Virus record (IMG/VR): IMGVR_UViG_3300016474_000281
Location: 1 to 64,000 of that record
Length of the DNA stretch: 64,000 bases
Origin: a virus
Direction: 5' to 3' (one strand)
Both the position numbers and the translations under genes were made by a program. Within the stretch, counting starts at the first letter, position 1, and each line of letters starts with the position of its first letter. The notes beneath the pieces were generated by a model. It was not told where the DNA came from. It saw only the letters and a program-made list of their open reading frames with translations, and searched no databases. Shown here piece by piece: positions 19,920 through 28,461 of the stretch.

Positions 19920-20309
19920 ATGAACAACAACATTCACAAATTAGCACAACATTACCTTAATACAGCTATATCACTGTCTAACCTATCTAAGGTAGAAACT
20001 TTGCAAGTAGGTGCAGTGATAGTAGATACACAGGGTAACATAGTTGGAGTTGGATACAATTCAGCTCCTTTCTACTTAGAAGACCCACAAGATTTATATG
20101 AGACTACAGTTCATGCTGAAGAGATGGCTTTATTATCTAGAAGTGATCAACCTCACTTGTTAGTATGTACTCATGCACCTTGTTTATCTTGTGCAAGTAA
20201 GATGTTCTTAGCTGGAGTGAAAGAAGTGTGGTACAAGAACCCTTACAAAAACGATAAAGGACTACAATACTTAGAAAGATTAGGTATAAAAACGAAACAA
20301 TATGAATGA
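19920..20309 (+). CDS. dCMP/cytidine deaminase, zinc-binding (129 aa)
   Basis: VHAEEMAL (HAE zinc/catalytic motif) and PCLSCA (PCxxC). Confidence 0.85.
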   Translation: MNNNIHKLAQHYLNTAISLSNLSKVETLQVGAVIVDTQGNIVGVGYNSAPFYLEDPQDLYETTVHAEEMALLSRSDQPHLLVCTHAPCLSCASKMFLAGVKEVWYKNPYKNDKGLQYLERLGIKTKQYE

Positions 20310-21030
20310 TAGTAATGAGGTAGTGAACAAGAACAAGGTAGAGTTATTAGACTTTGCAGGATCAGACTTACATATAGCTGTAACTGCCTGGGCTTCTACT
20401 CATCTTGACTTAGGCTTAGTAAGTTCAGACAACATCAAGGAAAGGATACCTATGATGATTGATGCTATACTGAGTACAGTTTCAAGGAAAAGAACACCTG
20501 AAGAACTAATCAGGTTTTTAGGTTTGAACCAACACAGTTCTCCATTTAGGTCTAGTTGGTTTATGTTTGGTTTCCGTGAAGATGTAGCTACCCACATTCA
20601 TTTGTTAAAACATGTAGTGCTTATCTCGAATACTAATTCAGAATCAGCTAGGTACAAAGAAGTTAAAGACAAGATGTATCTACCTGAAGACTGGTTAGAC
20701 ACTGAAGTAGGTGAGTATTGGTATGACTTGTTGGAACTATACACTCAGATGGGGTTTGACTACTACCATAGATGTGTCAAAGAACTGATAGCTGCAGGGC
20801 ATGATAAAGCTAGAGTTAAAGAGACAGCCAGGTATTTCTTAACGATGAACTCACAAAGAGATGTTGTTAGAACACTTACTTTAGATGGGTTGATACAGTT
20901 GTATTACAAGAGAGGTCCTAAGAGCAAGTCACAAAAAGAAGTACAAAAGATAGTAGAAGACATGTTAAACGAGGTTAAAAATATTCCTGGAGAACCTTTT
21001 AAATATAGTCTTGAAGCATTTAATCTATGA
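20302..21030 (+). CDS. thyX: flavin-dependent thymidylate synthase ThyX-like, divergent (242 aa)
   Basis: NSESARY resembles the ThyX S-x-x-S-x-R-Y signature; the C-terminal RYFLTMNSQRDVVRTLTLDGLIQLYYKR....SQKEVQ parallels the ThyX helix; adjacent to dCMP deaminase. Confidence 0.6.
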   Translation: MNDSNEVVNKNKVELLDFAGSDLHIAVTAWASTHLDLGLVSSDNIKERIPMMIDAILSTVSRKRTPEELIRFLGLNQHSSPFRSSWFMFGFREDVATHIHLLKHVVLISNTNSESARYKEVKDKMYLPEDWLDTEVGEYWYDLLELYTQMGFDYYHRCVKELIAAGHDKARVKETARYFLTMNSQRDVVRTLTLDGLIQLYYKRGPKSKSQKEVQKIVEDMLNEVKNIPGEPFKYSLEAFNL

Positions 21031-21350
21031 GTGAAGAATATCTTAACGCTTTACAAGAGTGTAAGGATCATACTGTATTAGTTGAAGCTGCAATACGATT
21101 AGAGTCGTTGATAGATAGAACTGGATATAACTCTATGCAGGAATACTATAAAGAACAATTGAACATCTTGAATAAAAGAATTAAAGAACTTACCACTACT
21201 AACTATAAAGTAGGAGACAGGTTGTTTGACACTAAGTACAAACGTTATGTGAAAGTTATAGCTTGTGAAGGTAACGTATATACAGTGCAAAATGATAGAA
21301 AAAATATACAAGTTATCGAAGGTAAGTACTTGACAAAGCGAGGTAGTTAA
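21027..21350 (+). CDS. hypothetical protein (107 aa)
   Basis: ATGA-coupled ORF. Confidence 0.6.
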   Translation: MSEEYLNALQECKDHTVLVEAAIRLESLIDRTGYNSMQEYYKEQLNILNKRIKELTTTNYKVGDRLFDTKYKRYVKVIACEGNVYTVQNDRKNIQVIEGKYLTKRGS

Positions 21351-21384
21351 CTTATCTTTGTATTGCTTAGTTTCTTAACCTGTT

Positions 21385-21414
21385 GAGGGCTTCTGTAACA
21401 AGAAGCTCTTTTTT
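21385..21414 (+). terminator. rho-independent terminator
   Basis: gagggcttct pairs with agaagctctt (with wobbles), loop gtaaca, then TTTTTT. Confidence 0.7.
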
Positions 21415-21418
21415 GTCT

Positions 21419-21601
21419 ATGCTAGATACAGAACAAAAGTTGTGGAGGTTGTTTCACTTGCAACTATGCCACTATGGATTTGAACTACTGCCATATACAG
21501 ATGGCTTAATGTGGTTGTTATGTTTTGTATCTTTTATAGTTACAACTCCTCTCATGTTGTGGTACGTGCTAGAAGCATTTGTACACATGTTAACTCCCTG
21601 A
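21419..21601 (+). CDS. small membrane protein (60 aa) leading into array C
   Basis: Track ORF (TTG 21383) trimmed to ATG 21419, downstream of the terminator; hydrophobic LMWLLCFVSFIVTTPLMLWYVL; stop followed by ATG of C1 (TGATATG). Confidence 0.45.
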   Translation: MLDTEQKLWRLFHLQLCHYGFELLPYTDGLMWLLCFVSFIVTTPLMLWYVLEAFVHMLTP

Positions 21602-21602
21602 T

Positions 21603-21749
21603 ATGAAATTCACATTTAAAATGGCTGGTATAGCTGCGGTAACTGAAGTTTATTTTGTAAAAAATTATCACAACAAAGTACTTTTTACAACGGCTATACC
21701 TTGTAAAGTAAGAACTAGAAGTTGTGGTAATAAATTATTACTAGCGTGA
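21603..21749 (+). CDS. micro-ORF C1 (48 aa), twin of C2
   Basis: pep MKFTFKMAGIAAVTEVYFVKNYHNKVLFTTAIPCKVRTRSCGNKLLLA; the 3p junction is GTGA because the next start is GTG. Confidence 0.5.
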   Translation: MKFTFKMAGIAAVTEVYFVKNYHNKVLFTTAIPCKVRTRSCGNKLLLA

Positions 21750-21901
21750 AAATAACGTTAAAGATTAAATTAACTGGGGCAGGTGCTTTAACTGCAGTTT
21801 ATTACATAAAGAGTTATCAAAGTATAATAGTTTTTGAATCTGCTCTAAGCAATAATGTAAAATGTTCTTATTGGAGTAGTAAATTCTTACTAATATGCTA
21901 A
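21746..21901 (+). CDS. micro-ORF C2 (51 aa, GTG start)
   Basis: pep VKITLKIKLTGAGALTAVYYIKSYQSIIVFESALSNNVKCSYWSSKFLLIC; 7-nt overlap with C3. Confidence 0.4.
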   Translation: MKITLKIKLTGAGALTAVYYIKSYQSIIVFESALSNNVKCSYWSSKFLLIC

Positions 21902-22011
21902 TGATTTTCAATGCTGCTGCTTTAACTAATCATACTAAACTAGCTAATTACTTTCGTTTAAAAGCTAAACATGGAGGTAAGCTGGGTAGTTGTAAATTTA
22001 TACTAATATGA
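21895..22011 (+). CDS. micro-ORF C3 (38 aa)
   Basis: pep MLMIFNAAALTNHTKLANYFRLKAKHGGKLGSCKFILI; 3p junction ATGA. Confidence 0.5.
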   Translation: MLMIFNAAALTNHTKLANYFRLKAKHGGKLGSCKFILI

Positions 22012-22157
22012 ACATACCTATAAAAATGTCAGGTGCATCTTACATTAGTAATAAGATCACAACAAATTTAGAAAGGTCAAAACAAAGAGTATTAACAAAA
22101 AGCACCTTTCTACATGTTCACACAAGTAATGTTGGCAGTTTATTTTTATTGACATGA
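22008..22157 (+). CDS. micro-ORF C4 (49 aa), twin of C5
   Basis: pep MNIPIKMSGASYISNKITTNLERSKQRVLTKSTFLHVHTSNVGSLFLLT; 3p junction ATGA. Confidence 0.55.
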   Translation: MNIPIKMSGASYISNKITTNLERSKQRVLTKSTFLHVHTSNVGSLFLLT

Positions 22158-22300
22158 ACATACTCGTACACGTATTAGGTGCATCTCATATCAGCTACAG
22201 GTCTACCTTAGATACAGAAAGGTTAGGGTCAGGTAGACAAGGGTTTTGCGGTTTACATACTCGTGCAAATAATTGTAGTTTAATACTTATTTTGACATGA
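22154..22300 (+). CDS. micro-ORF C5 (48 aa), twin of C4
   Basis: pep MNILVHVLGASHISYRSTLDTERLGSGRQGFCGLHTRANNCSLILILT; 3p junction ATGA. Confidence 0.55.
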   Translation: MNILVHVLGASHISYRSTLDTERLGSGRQGFCGLHTRANNCSLILILT

Positions 22301-22461
22301 AACTAAAACTAAATGTCACAAGTATATCTTGTTGCAGTTGCATAGGTGCAGCTAAAAACTATAAACGTGTAACATGTTTTTTATCTAGCAAGGTTTCTTC
22401 ACCTGTATTAGTACAAAATGGTTTAATTCACGGTAGTATATTTGTATTAGCATGGAACTAA
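22297..22461 (+). CDS. micro-ORF C6 (54 aa)
   Basis: pep MKLKLNVTSISCCSCIGAAKNYKRVTCFLSSKVSSPVLVQNGLIHGSIFVLAWN; 3p junction ATGGAACTAA. Confidence 0.55.
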   Translation: MKLKLNVTSISCCSCIGAAKNYKRVTCFLSSKVSSPVLVQNGLIHGSIFVLAWN

Positions 22462-22622
22462 TGAGAATAGGGTATAGTGGTAATGTTGTTTTCCCCTGGG
22501 GAGGTAGTTGTCTATCAACTTTAAAGATAGGTTTTTCACAATACCCTATATCTAAAAGTAGCGGATATGCTATGCACGTGTTTAAAACACCACTGATAAG
22601 TACTTACTTAGTATTGATATGA
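22452..22622 (+). CDS. micro-ORF C7 (56 aa)
   Basis: pep MELMRIGYSGNVVFPWGGSCLSTLKIGFSQYPISKSSGYAMHVFKTPLISTYLVLI; 3p junction ATGA. Confidence 0.55.
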   Translation: MELMRIGYSGNVVFPWGGSCLSTLKIGFSQYPISKSSGYAMHVFKTPLISTYLVLI

Positions 22623-22753
22623 ACATATATACAATTGGTTTATATAAAGGTATGGTCTTTAAGAATACGCACAAAGACACTTTAAAGTGCTACCTACCTA
22701 GAGACATACTGTTTAAAACAACAGATTTAACATCATATTTTTTAATCACTTAA
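22619..22753 (+). CDS. micro-ORF C8 (44 aa), last unit of array C
   Basis: pep MNIYTIGLYKGMVFKNTHKDTLKCYLPRDILFKTTDLTSYFLIT. Confidence 0.5.
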   Translation: MNIYTIGLYKGMVFKNTHKDTLKCYLPRDILFKTTDLTSYFLIT

Positions 22754-22765
22754 ACAATCATTCAC

Positions 22766-23080
22766 ATGCAAACTGAGGTATTAGATTTGTTGAAACAGAA
22801 GTTACAGGAAATAGACCCTGGTAAATCTGTACATGTACGTTGTAACAACAAGTTAGTGTATGAATCTTTTTTAAAAGGTTTGTTATCTAATTCAAAAGAT
22901 TGGTTGAAAGAACGTAATGTTAGAGCTACACAAGCTGAAGACAAGAAGTACTACATTGAGATTGAGTTCTTGAGCAACCAAGAAGCTGTGACCATAGCCA
23001 AAGGGTTTATGGTTAAGTTGAAAGAATACATTGACATGAAGTTGTTAGAAATCGTTTACAGAGATTTAAATCCACAATGA
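22766..23080 (+). CDS. hypothetical protein (104 aa)
   Basis: ATG ORF; ATGA overlap with the next gene. Confidence 0.6.
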   Translation: MQTEVLDLLKQKLQEIDPGKSVHVRCNNKLVYESFLKGLLSNSKDWLKERNVRATQAEDKKYYIEIEFLSNQEAVTIAKGFMVKLKEYIDMKLLEIVYRDLNPQ

Positions 23081-23586
23081 TGTATAGCTTATTGATGTTG
23101 TTCTGTATAGACACTATACCAACGGATTTAGGTACGTACTTACCTGAAGTAAATATCTACGCTGATCATCAACAAAGAGTAGAAACATTAGCTAGGTTGG
23201 TGTATTCTGAATCAGGTAATCAAAGTTTGATAGCTAAAAAAGCTGTAGCCAACGTAGTATTAAATCGCATGGAGTACTTTGATTTGTCTTTAGAACAAGT
23301 TATCTTTAAGCGCAATCAGTTTAACGGTGTAGGTACTAAGTGGTTTAGAGCTAAGTTTGACAAAGATAGCTACGAAGCTGCCCTATCTGTTTTATCTGGT
23401 GAAAGAATAATACAACCAGACATACTTTACTTTGCTAACGAGAAAAGAGCCACTAACAAGACTTGGATCAAGTTTATAAGTAAGTATAAAGCTTTTCAGT
23501 TAGAAGACCACGTATTTTACTATGACATACTTGCAAGGACTTTATACAGCAAAACAGGTAGCTTTAGACGTAGAGTGCTTCCCTAA
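23077..23586 (+). CDS. SleB/CwlJ-family cell-wall hydrolase (169 aa), candidate endolysin
   Basis: LARLVYSESGNQSLIAKKAVANVVLNRME...VIFKRNQFNGV matches the Hydrolase_2 core (E-x-x-G-E...AV..VvlNR...V..q..QF). Confidence 0.75.
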   Translation: MMYSLLMLFCIDTIPTDLGTYLPEVNIYADHQQRVETLARLVYSESGNQSLIAKKAVANVVLNRMEYFDLSLEQVIFKRNQFNGVGTKWFRAKFDKDSYEAALSVLSGERIIQPDILYFANEKRATNKTWIKFISKYKAFQLEDHVFYYDILARTLYSKTGSFRRRVLP

Positions 23587-25360
23587 CTTTTTCTGTGTAT
23601 CCATATCTGATTTAAAAGATAACTTAGTAACGTTCATCTTTGATAAGAAACAAGATGATAGACCTGAGCTTATCAAGTTTCTAAACCACTGTGACAAGGG
23701 TATAGAAGTAATTACTTTTAACGGTAAGCACTATGACTGCCCTATACTTAACTTTGTCAGGTTGAATCCTACTTGTACTACTGAAGAGATAAAAGAGTTC
23801 TCTGACATAGTTATCAATGTAGAAGCTTGGTGGAAAGAGTATCACAACAAGAAATACAAGTATCACCATAAGTGGGTAGATATTGATTTGTTCTTGTATT
23901 GGTCACAGATGCTTAGGAGAGCTAAGAAGATAAGTCTTAAAGGTCTAGCTATCCAGTTGCGTTATCCTGTGGTACAAGAGTTGCCTATTAAACATGATGC
24001 TTTAGTTACAGATGACAACAGAGACATGTTGTTAGAGTACAACAGCGTACATGACATAGGTATTATGAAGTACTTGATGGAGAAAACATTTAACTGGCAA
24101 GGTAAGAAGTCATCGTTTCCAGAGATGATAGCTTTACGTAAGACAGCTATGGAACAGTATAAGTTTGATAAGAACTGTATGTCCTGGGATGCTGTAAAGC
24201 TAGGTTTGAATGTAGCTTTATCTTTGAACACAACTGAGATAGGTGAACCTAGACACTTCACTAAGTTTGGAGAAGTGGTCAGTGATAAGATAAAGTTTTA
24301 CACGCCACAGCTTACTAAGTTATTGTCAGAAGTAAAGGAGTGGCCTTCAGATAAGAAGTTGCACTTGCACTTAAACTATCTAGGTGCAGCCTTACATATG
24401 AAGCAGGGTGGTATCCATACATCTAATAACCCTTGTACGGTTAAAGAGAAAGAAGGTTATATCTTTCATTCTCTAGATGTTAGTGGCTACTACCCTGCAC
24501 TAGGTGAAACACTTAAAGTAAAGCTACATGAACAACTAGGTATTATTAGAAGGCAGAGATTAGAGTTGAAACATAAAGGTTTAGGTAAGACACCTGAAGC
24601 TAACTTGTTAAAGCTATCTGCTAACTCATTAGTAGGTAATTTCCAACAAGAGAAAGGTGAAATATATGACCCTGTATCATTCTTTACCATATCTATCAAT
24701 GGACAGTTGTTCTTACTCATGCTTATGGAGTGGGTATCTCATCTAGGGGTAGAGTTAGTAATGGCTAATACAGATGGTTTTGAAGTGTTTGTACCAGAAC
24801 ACAACTACGATAAGTTTATGTCTATGTGTAAAGCATGGGAAGAATATACTGGTTTTGAACTGGAGCATTTCAGATACAAAGCTATCTATATGCAGCATGT
24901 AAATTCTTATCTAGGTGTATTTGATGATGGTACTTACAAGGAGAAAGGCTGGTTTGTAACTGATCCAGACTTAGGCAACAAAGTAGATTTTTTAGCTGTA
25001 CCTAAAGCTGTCAACAACTACTTGTTACATAACATACCTGTTGAAGAAACTTTATCTAAGTGTAGCATATATGACTTTTGTGGTGCGCAAAAGCTAGATA
25101 AGACATATACAGCTTACTTAGGTGGAGACAAACTACCACAAAGGTTAAACGTGTATTATGTTAGCACTAAAGGTAACTACTTGATGAAAGGTAGGAGTGG
25201 TAAGAAAGCATGGATTGCAGACCTCACCAAAGTTAAAGTAGAAGTGTTTAACAAGTACCATGAAGGGCCTTACAATATTGACATGACATTTTACAAGAAC
25301 AAAGCAGATAAGATGCTTCAAGAACTGGGTGTTAAGTCTGTACAAACTACATTGTTTTGA
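23522..25360 (+). CDS. family-B DNA polymerase (612 aa)
   Basis: ExoI ALDVE, ExoII NGKHYDCPIL, motif A LDVSGYYPA (DxxSLYP-like), motif B KLSANSLVG (KxxxNSxxG), motif C ANTDG (DTD-like); 65-nt overlap with the upstream gene. Confidence 0.8.
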   Translation: MTYLQGLYTAKQVALDVECFPNFFCVSISDLKDNLVTFIFDKKQDDRPELIKFLNHCDKGIEVITFNGKHYDCPILNFVRLNPTCTTEEIKEFSDIVINVEAWWKEYHNKKYKYHHKWVDIDLFLYWSQMLRRAKKISLKGLAIQLRYPVVQELPIKHDALVTDDNRDMLLEYNSVHDIGIMKYLMEKTFNWQGKKSSFPEMIALRKTAMEQYKFDKNCMSWDAVKLGLNVALSLNTTEIGEPRHFTKFGEVVSDKIKFYTPQLTKLLSEVKEWPSDKKLHLHLNYLGAALHMKQGGIHTSNNPCTVKEKEGYIFHSLDVSGYYPALGETLKVKLHEQLGIIRRQRLELKHKGLGKTPEANLLKLSANSLVGNFQQEKGEIYDPVSFFTISINGQLFLLMLMEWVSHLGVELVMANTDGFEVFVPEHNYDKFMSMCKAWEEYTGFELEHFRYKAIYMQHVNSYLGVFDDGTYKEKGWFVTDPDLGNKVDFLAVPKAVNNYLLHNIPVEETLSKCSIYDFCGAQKLDKTYTAYLGGDKLPQRLNVYYVSTKGNYLMKGRSGKKAWIADLTKVKVEVFNKYHEGPYNIDMTFYKNKADKMLQELGVKSVQTTLF

Positions 25361-25653
25361 GCTACTTAGTGATGAGTGTATTAGCTATGCACAAAGCAGA
25401 TGAGGATAAACCTATTTTCTGGGTTATACGTGAAGATAAAGCTCTGGAGAAAATGTTGTTTAAAGGTGAGTTAGACATCGAATACTTATACTTCAACAAC
25501 ATCATAGGTATGTTATACAAAGGAGACTTTTTAACCTATGAACCTACACCTGAAGAAAAAAGGTTTGGTATATTTGATAGAGCTTTACCAGTACCAGGGT
25601 TTGACATGGAAGACAATATATTTATGTTTAGTATTGATAATGTAAAAAACTAA
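25357..25653 (+). CDS. hypothetical protein (98 aa)
   Basis: Overlap-coupled ORF. Confidence 0.6.
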   Translation: MSYLVMSVLAMHKADEDKPIFWVIREDKALEKMLFKGELDIEYLYFNNIIGMLYKGDFLTYEPTPEEKRFGIFDRALPVPGFDMEDNIFMFSIDNVKN

Positions 25654-25657
25654 GCGT

Positions 25658-26887
25658 ATGTCACAAAAGTTTGAAAGGAACTTTAAAGCATTGAGTAACT
25701 TACAAGACACTGTACCAGGGTTGGTGAAACAACATCAGTCATTGATACTACAGTGGGAGACAGGTGTAGGTAAGACACTACCTGCACTACGTACGGCTGA
25801 AAAACTAGGTGGTAAGTGGTTGTGGGTTATGTCAATGAATATACAAGGAGCTAACGTGAAAGCTGAAATGATGAAGTTCAAGATTAGAGCTAACATCAAG
25901 TTCATTCACTATGCTTCACTACATAAAGAAACTAGTTCTTACACAGGTATTATCTTAGATGAAGTGCATAAGCTTACTGAGAACTATGCTACTCACTTCA
26001 AAAAGATTAACACTAAGTATGTATTAGGTCTATCTGCTTCTATACCAGATGATAGAAAGTTGTTGCTACAAGACTTGTTGAAGCCAGCATGGTCTAAGGT
26101 AACTATGGCTAGAGCTATGCAGCTAGGTATCTTACCTCCTATACAGATTATTGGTGTGGAGTTAGATATCAACTTAGACCCTAACAGGTATAACGTACCT
26201 ATGAAAAGGTTTAAGAAAGTAGAAGATCATCCTTATGAACTTAACCAGATGTCATTCAGTGACTACATGATGTCTAGCTACATACAACATAACTTTATGG
26301 TTACTGGTTGTACGTTGAAACAGAGGTTGCAAGTCATTGAAAGGGAAATGGAGTTTTGGAAAGAGCTACAAAGAAAAGATTGGGAAAAAAAATACGAATG
26401 GACTGTAGAAACTAGGTCTTTACCGCTAGGTTCAGAAAGAAAGCGTGTCTTAGCTGAGTTCAAAAGTAGGTTTATGCCTATCATAGAAGAGCGGTTGAAG
26501 AATAAGAACTTTAGATACGTAGTGTTCAATGAGAACATAGACCAGGTAGAATCTAATGAAGGGGTTAAGATACATTCACAGCAGAAGAGTGCAGATAATG
26601 AACAAGCCATCAAAGACTTCAATGAAGGTAAGACTAATGTGTTGCAAGTAGTTAAGATGCTGAATGAGGGTATCAACTTAGTGAACATTGATGCTGTAGT
26701 AATTCTAGCTCTCAACAGTACTTCTGTTCAAAACATACAACGTAGAGGTAGATCAGTCAGAGGTGATAATCCACTAGTCATAGTGTTGTATGTCAAAGAC
26801 ACTAAAGATGAGCTTAACTTCAAAGAGTTCACCAAAGATTACAAAGAGTTTACCACGATAAGACCTATTATTGATTTCACAAAATAA
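25658..26887 (+). CDS. SF2 (DEAD/DEAH-box, SNF2-like) helicase (409 aa)
   Basis: Walker A ETGVGKT, Walker B/DEVH ILDEVHKL, motif VI QRRGRSVR. Confidence 0.85.
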   Translation: MSQKFERNFKALSNLQDTVPGLVKQHQSLILQWETGVGKTLPALRTAEKLGGKWLWVMSMNIQGANVKAEMMKFKIRANIKFIHYASLHKETSSYTGIILDEVHKLTENYATHFKKINTKYVLGLSASIPDDRKLLLQDLLKPAWSKVTMARAMQLGILPPIQIIGVELDINLDPNRYNVPMKRFKKVEDHPYELNQMSFSDYMMSSYIQHNFMVTGCTLKQRLQVIEREMEFWKELQRKDWEKKYEWTVETRSLPLGSERKRVLAEFKSRFMPIIEERLKNKNFRYVVFNENIDQVESNEGVKIHSQQKSADNEQAIKDFNEGKTNVLQVVKMLNEGINLVNIDAVVILALNSTSVQNIQRRGRSVRGDNPLVIVLYVKDTKDELNFKEFTKDYKEFTTIRPIIDFTK

Positions 26888-26892
26888 AATGT

Positions 26893-27384
26893 ATGTTGCC
26901 AATTAACGAAGAGATTAGAACTAGAGCAGATGAGCTTGAACTAGATGTTGAAGCGGTGTATTTGTTTTGTTTCGCACTACAGCATAACTTAGTAGGTTAT
27001 CTGATAGAGAAACAACTGATTACTAAGCAGAATGAACATGACTACAGGATTAACTTTACAGAGATTAGTGGAGATGGTGAAATTGTATTGCGTTACCCGT
27101 TGTACAAACAATCTGTAGATGCTACTTCTTTTCAAAGTTTCTTTGATAAGTTGAAGAGTACAGGTATGGAGCTCAACGGTTATCCTTTCAATGCACAGAA
27201 GTATTCAGTATTTACAAGAGATGAAGCGACGGTAGAGAACTACAACAAGTTGAAGATGATGGTTGAAAACTTTGATGAAGACAAGATGGTAAGGGTAGTA
27301 CAACACTACTACAGTACTGTAGAACAATGTAAGAATTTACGTAACTTTTTATCTACAGATGCTTACACTCAATACGAACTATGA
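26893..27384 (+). CDS. hypothetical protein (163 aa)
   Basis: ATG ORF; ATGA overlap downstream. Confidence 0.65.
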   Translation: MLPINEEIRTRADELELDVEAVYLFCFALQHNLVGYLIEKQLITKQNEHDYRINFTEISGDGEIVLRYPLYKQSVDATSFQSFFDKLKSTGMELNGYPFNAQKYSVFTRDEATVENYNKLKMMVENFDEDKMVRVVQHYYSTVEQCKNLRNFLSTDAYTQYEL

Positions 27385-28454
27385 ACCTATTAAAGCTAGT
27401 TAAGAAAGCTGTTGATGGTAACGTATTAGGTGCTAGGACAGGACTTACCTCAATGAACATGAACGCTGGTGGTATTCACCCTGGCATGTATATAGGTGTA
27501 GCATCAGAGCAGAAAGTAGGTAAATCTACATTTGTGTTAGAGTACTTTGTAACATCTTTGTTAGAACTTAATCCAGATGTGGAGTTTGAGTTCAACATAC
27601 TTAGTACTGAGATGCCTAGAGTAATGTTAGAAGCTAAGATGGTTAGTAGGTATATCTTTAAGAAATACAACATAGCCCTTAGCACTAACTATATCTTAGG
27701 TAGGAAACTTAATCCTGATGGTAGTAGAGTGAAGTTGAGTCAAGAACATTACGACCTCATTCAAAAAGTTATTAAGGATTATATACAGCCTATATCTGGT
27801 GAGTTTGACGAGAATGGTAAGTTGTTGTATCCTGGTAGAATCAATTGGTTAAACAAAGAGAATCCTACTGGTGTTAAAAGGCAGATTGTAACGTATGCTG
27901 AAAACAACGGTGAGATAATCAAACAACCAATACAGATAACTATGGATGATGGTACGTTGAAAGGTGTAGATAAAATGATTGGTTACAAACCAAACAAGCC
28001 TAACAAAATAGTCATCAACATAGTTGACCATGTGAGACAACTGCCTAAAGAAAGAAACTTTGATATGAAGAAGAATGTAGACAAGATGAGTGAGTACTTA
28101 GTTGAGATAAGTAACGTATTCAGCTTTGTCAATGTAGCAGTCATACACCTTAATCGTTGGGCTTCACAAGATGCAGTAAAGTTTTACGGTGATAAGTTAA
28201 TACCTACTTCAGATGCTATCAAAGACACTGGTAACATAGGTGAAGACGTATCTTTACTTATTACTATGATGGATCCTTCAGACCCTGCTTATAAGTTAAA
28301 CAGACATTTAGGTTATGACTTTGTAAGTTGGAATACAGAAAATACTAATGCAAGGTATAGGTCAGCTCATATTGTAGAAAACAGATATGGGCCAACAGCT
28401 AACATGAAGTTAGGTTTTAATGGTCAAGCTAATCATTTTTTTGAAATTAAATAA
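27381..28454 (+). CDS. DnaB-family / RecA-fold replicative helicase-like ATPase (357 aa)
   Basis: Walker A GVASEQKVGKST, Walker B-like IVINIVDHVRQL; lies inside the replication module. Confidence 0.6.
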   Translation: MNLLKLVKKAVDGNVLGARTGLTSMNMNAGGIHPGMYIGVASEQKVGKSTFVLEYFVTSLLELNPDVEFEFNILSTEMPRVMLEAKMVSRYIFKKYNIALSTNYILGRKLNPDGSRVKLSQEHYDLIQKVIKDYIQPISGEFDENGKLLYPGRINWLNKENPTGVKRQIVTYAENNGEIIKQPIQITMDDGTLKGVDKMIGYKPNKPNKIVINIVDHVRQLPKERNFDMKKNVDKMSEYLVEISNVFSFVNVAVIHLNRWASQDAVKFYGDKLIPTSDAIKDTGNIGEDVSLLITMMDPSDPAYKLNRHLGYDFVSWNTENTNARYRSAHIVENRYGPTANMKLGFNGQANHFFEIK

Positions 28455-28461
28455 TTAACCA

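Larger units (their letters stand above)
21603..22753 (+). repeat. micro-ORF array C: 8 chained paralogous mini-genes
   Basis: Start mod 3 = 0,2,1,0,2,1,0,2; the junctions are 4 ATGA, 1 GTGA (GTG start), 1 ATGCTAA (7 nt) and 1 ATGGAACTAA (10 nt). Confidence 0.85.

Noticed and set aside
21353-21360. TAtcTTTG downstream of gene 21027-21350 might be a promoter for array C.
   Set aside because: It lies upstream of terminator hairpin 21385-21414, so a transcript starting there would meet the terminator at once. There is also no good TTTG at -33. It is kept only as a note.
11825-22753. Stop-codon reassignment (TGA or TAG read as sense, as in some crAss-like lineages) might merge the mini-ORFs into long proteins.
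   Set aside because: Reading through the junction TGA or TAG runs into another stop within a few codons (for example CAT TGA TGG AAA TCA AAA TAA). The 1337- to 2542-aa genes in the same window are uninterrupted under the standard code. The next unit always lies in the -1 frame and not in frame.
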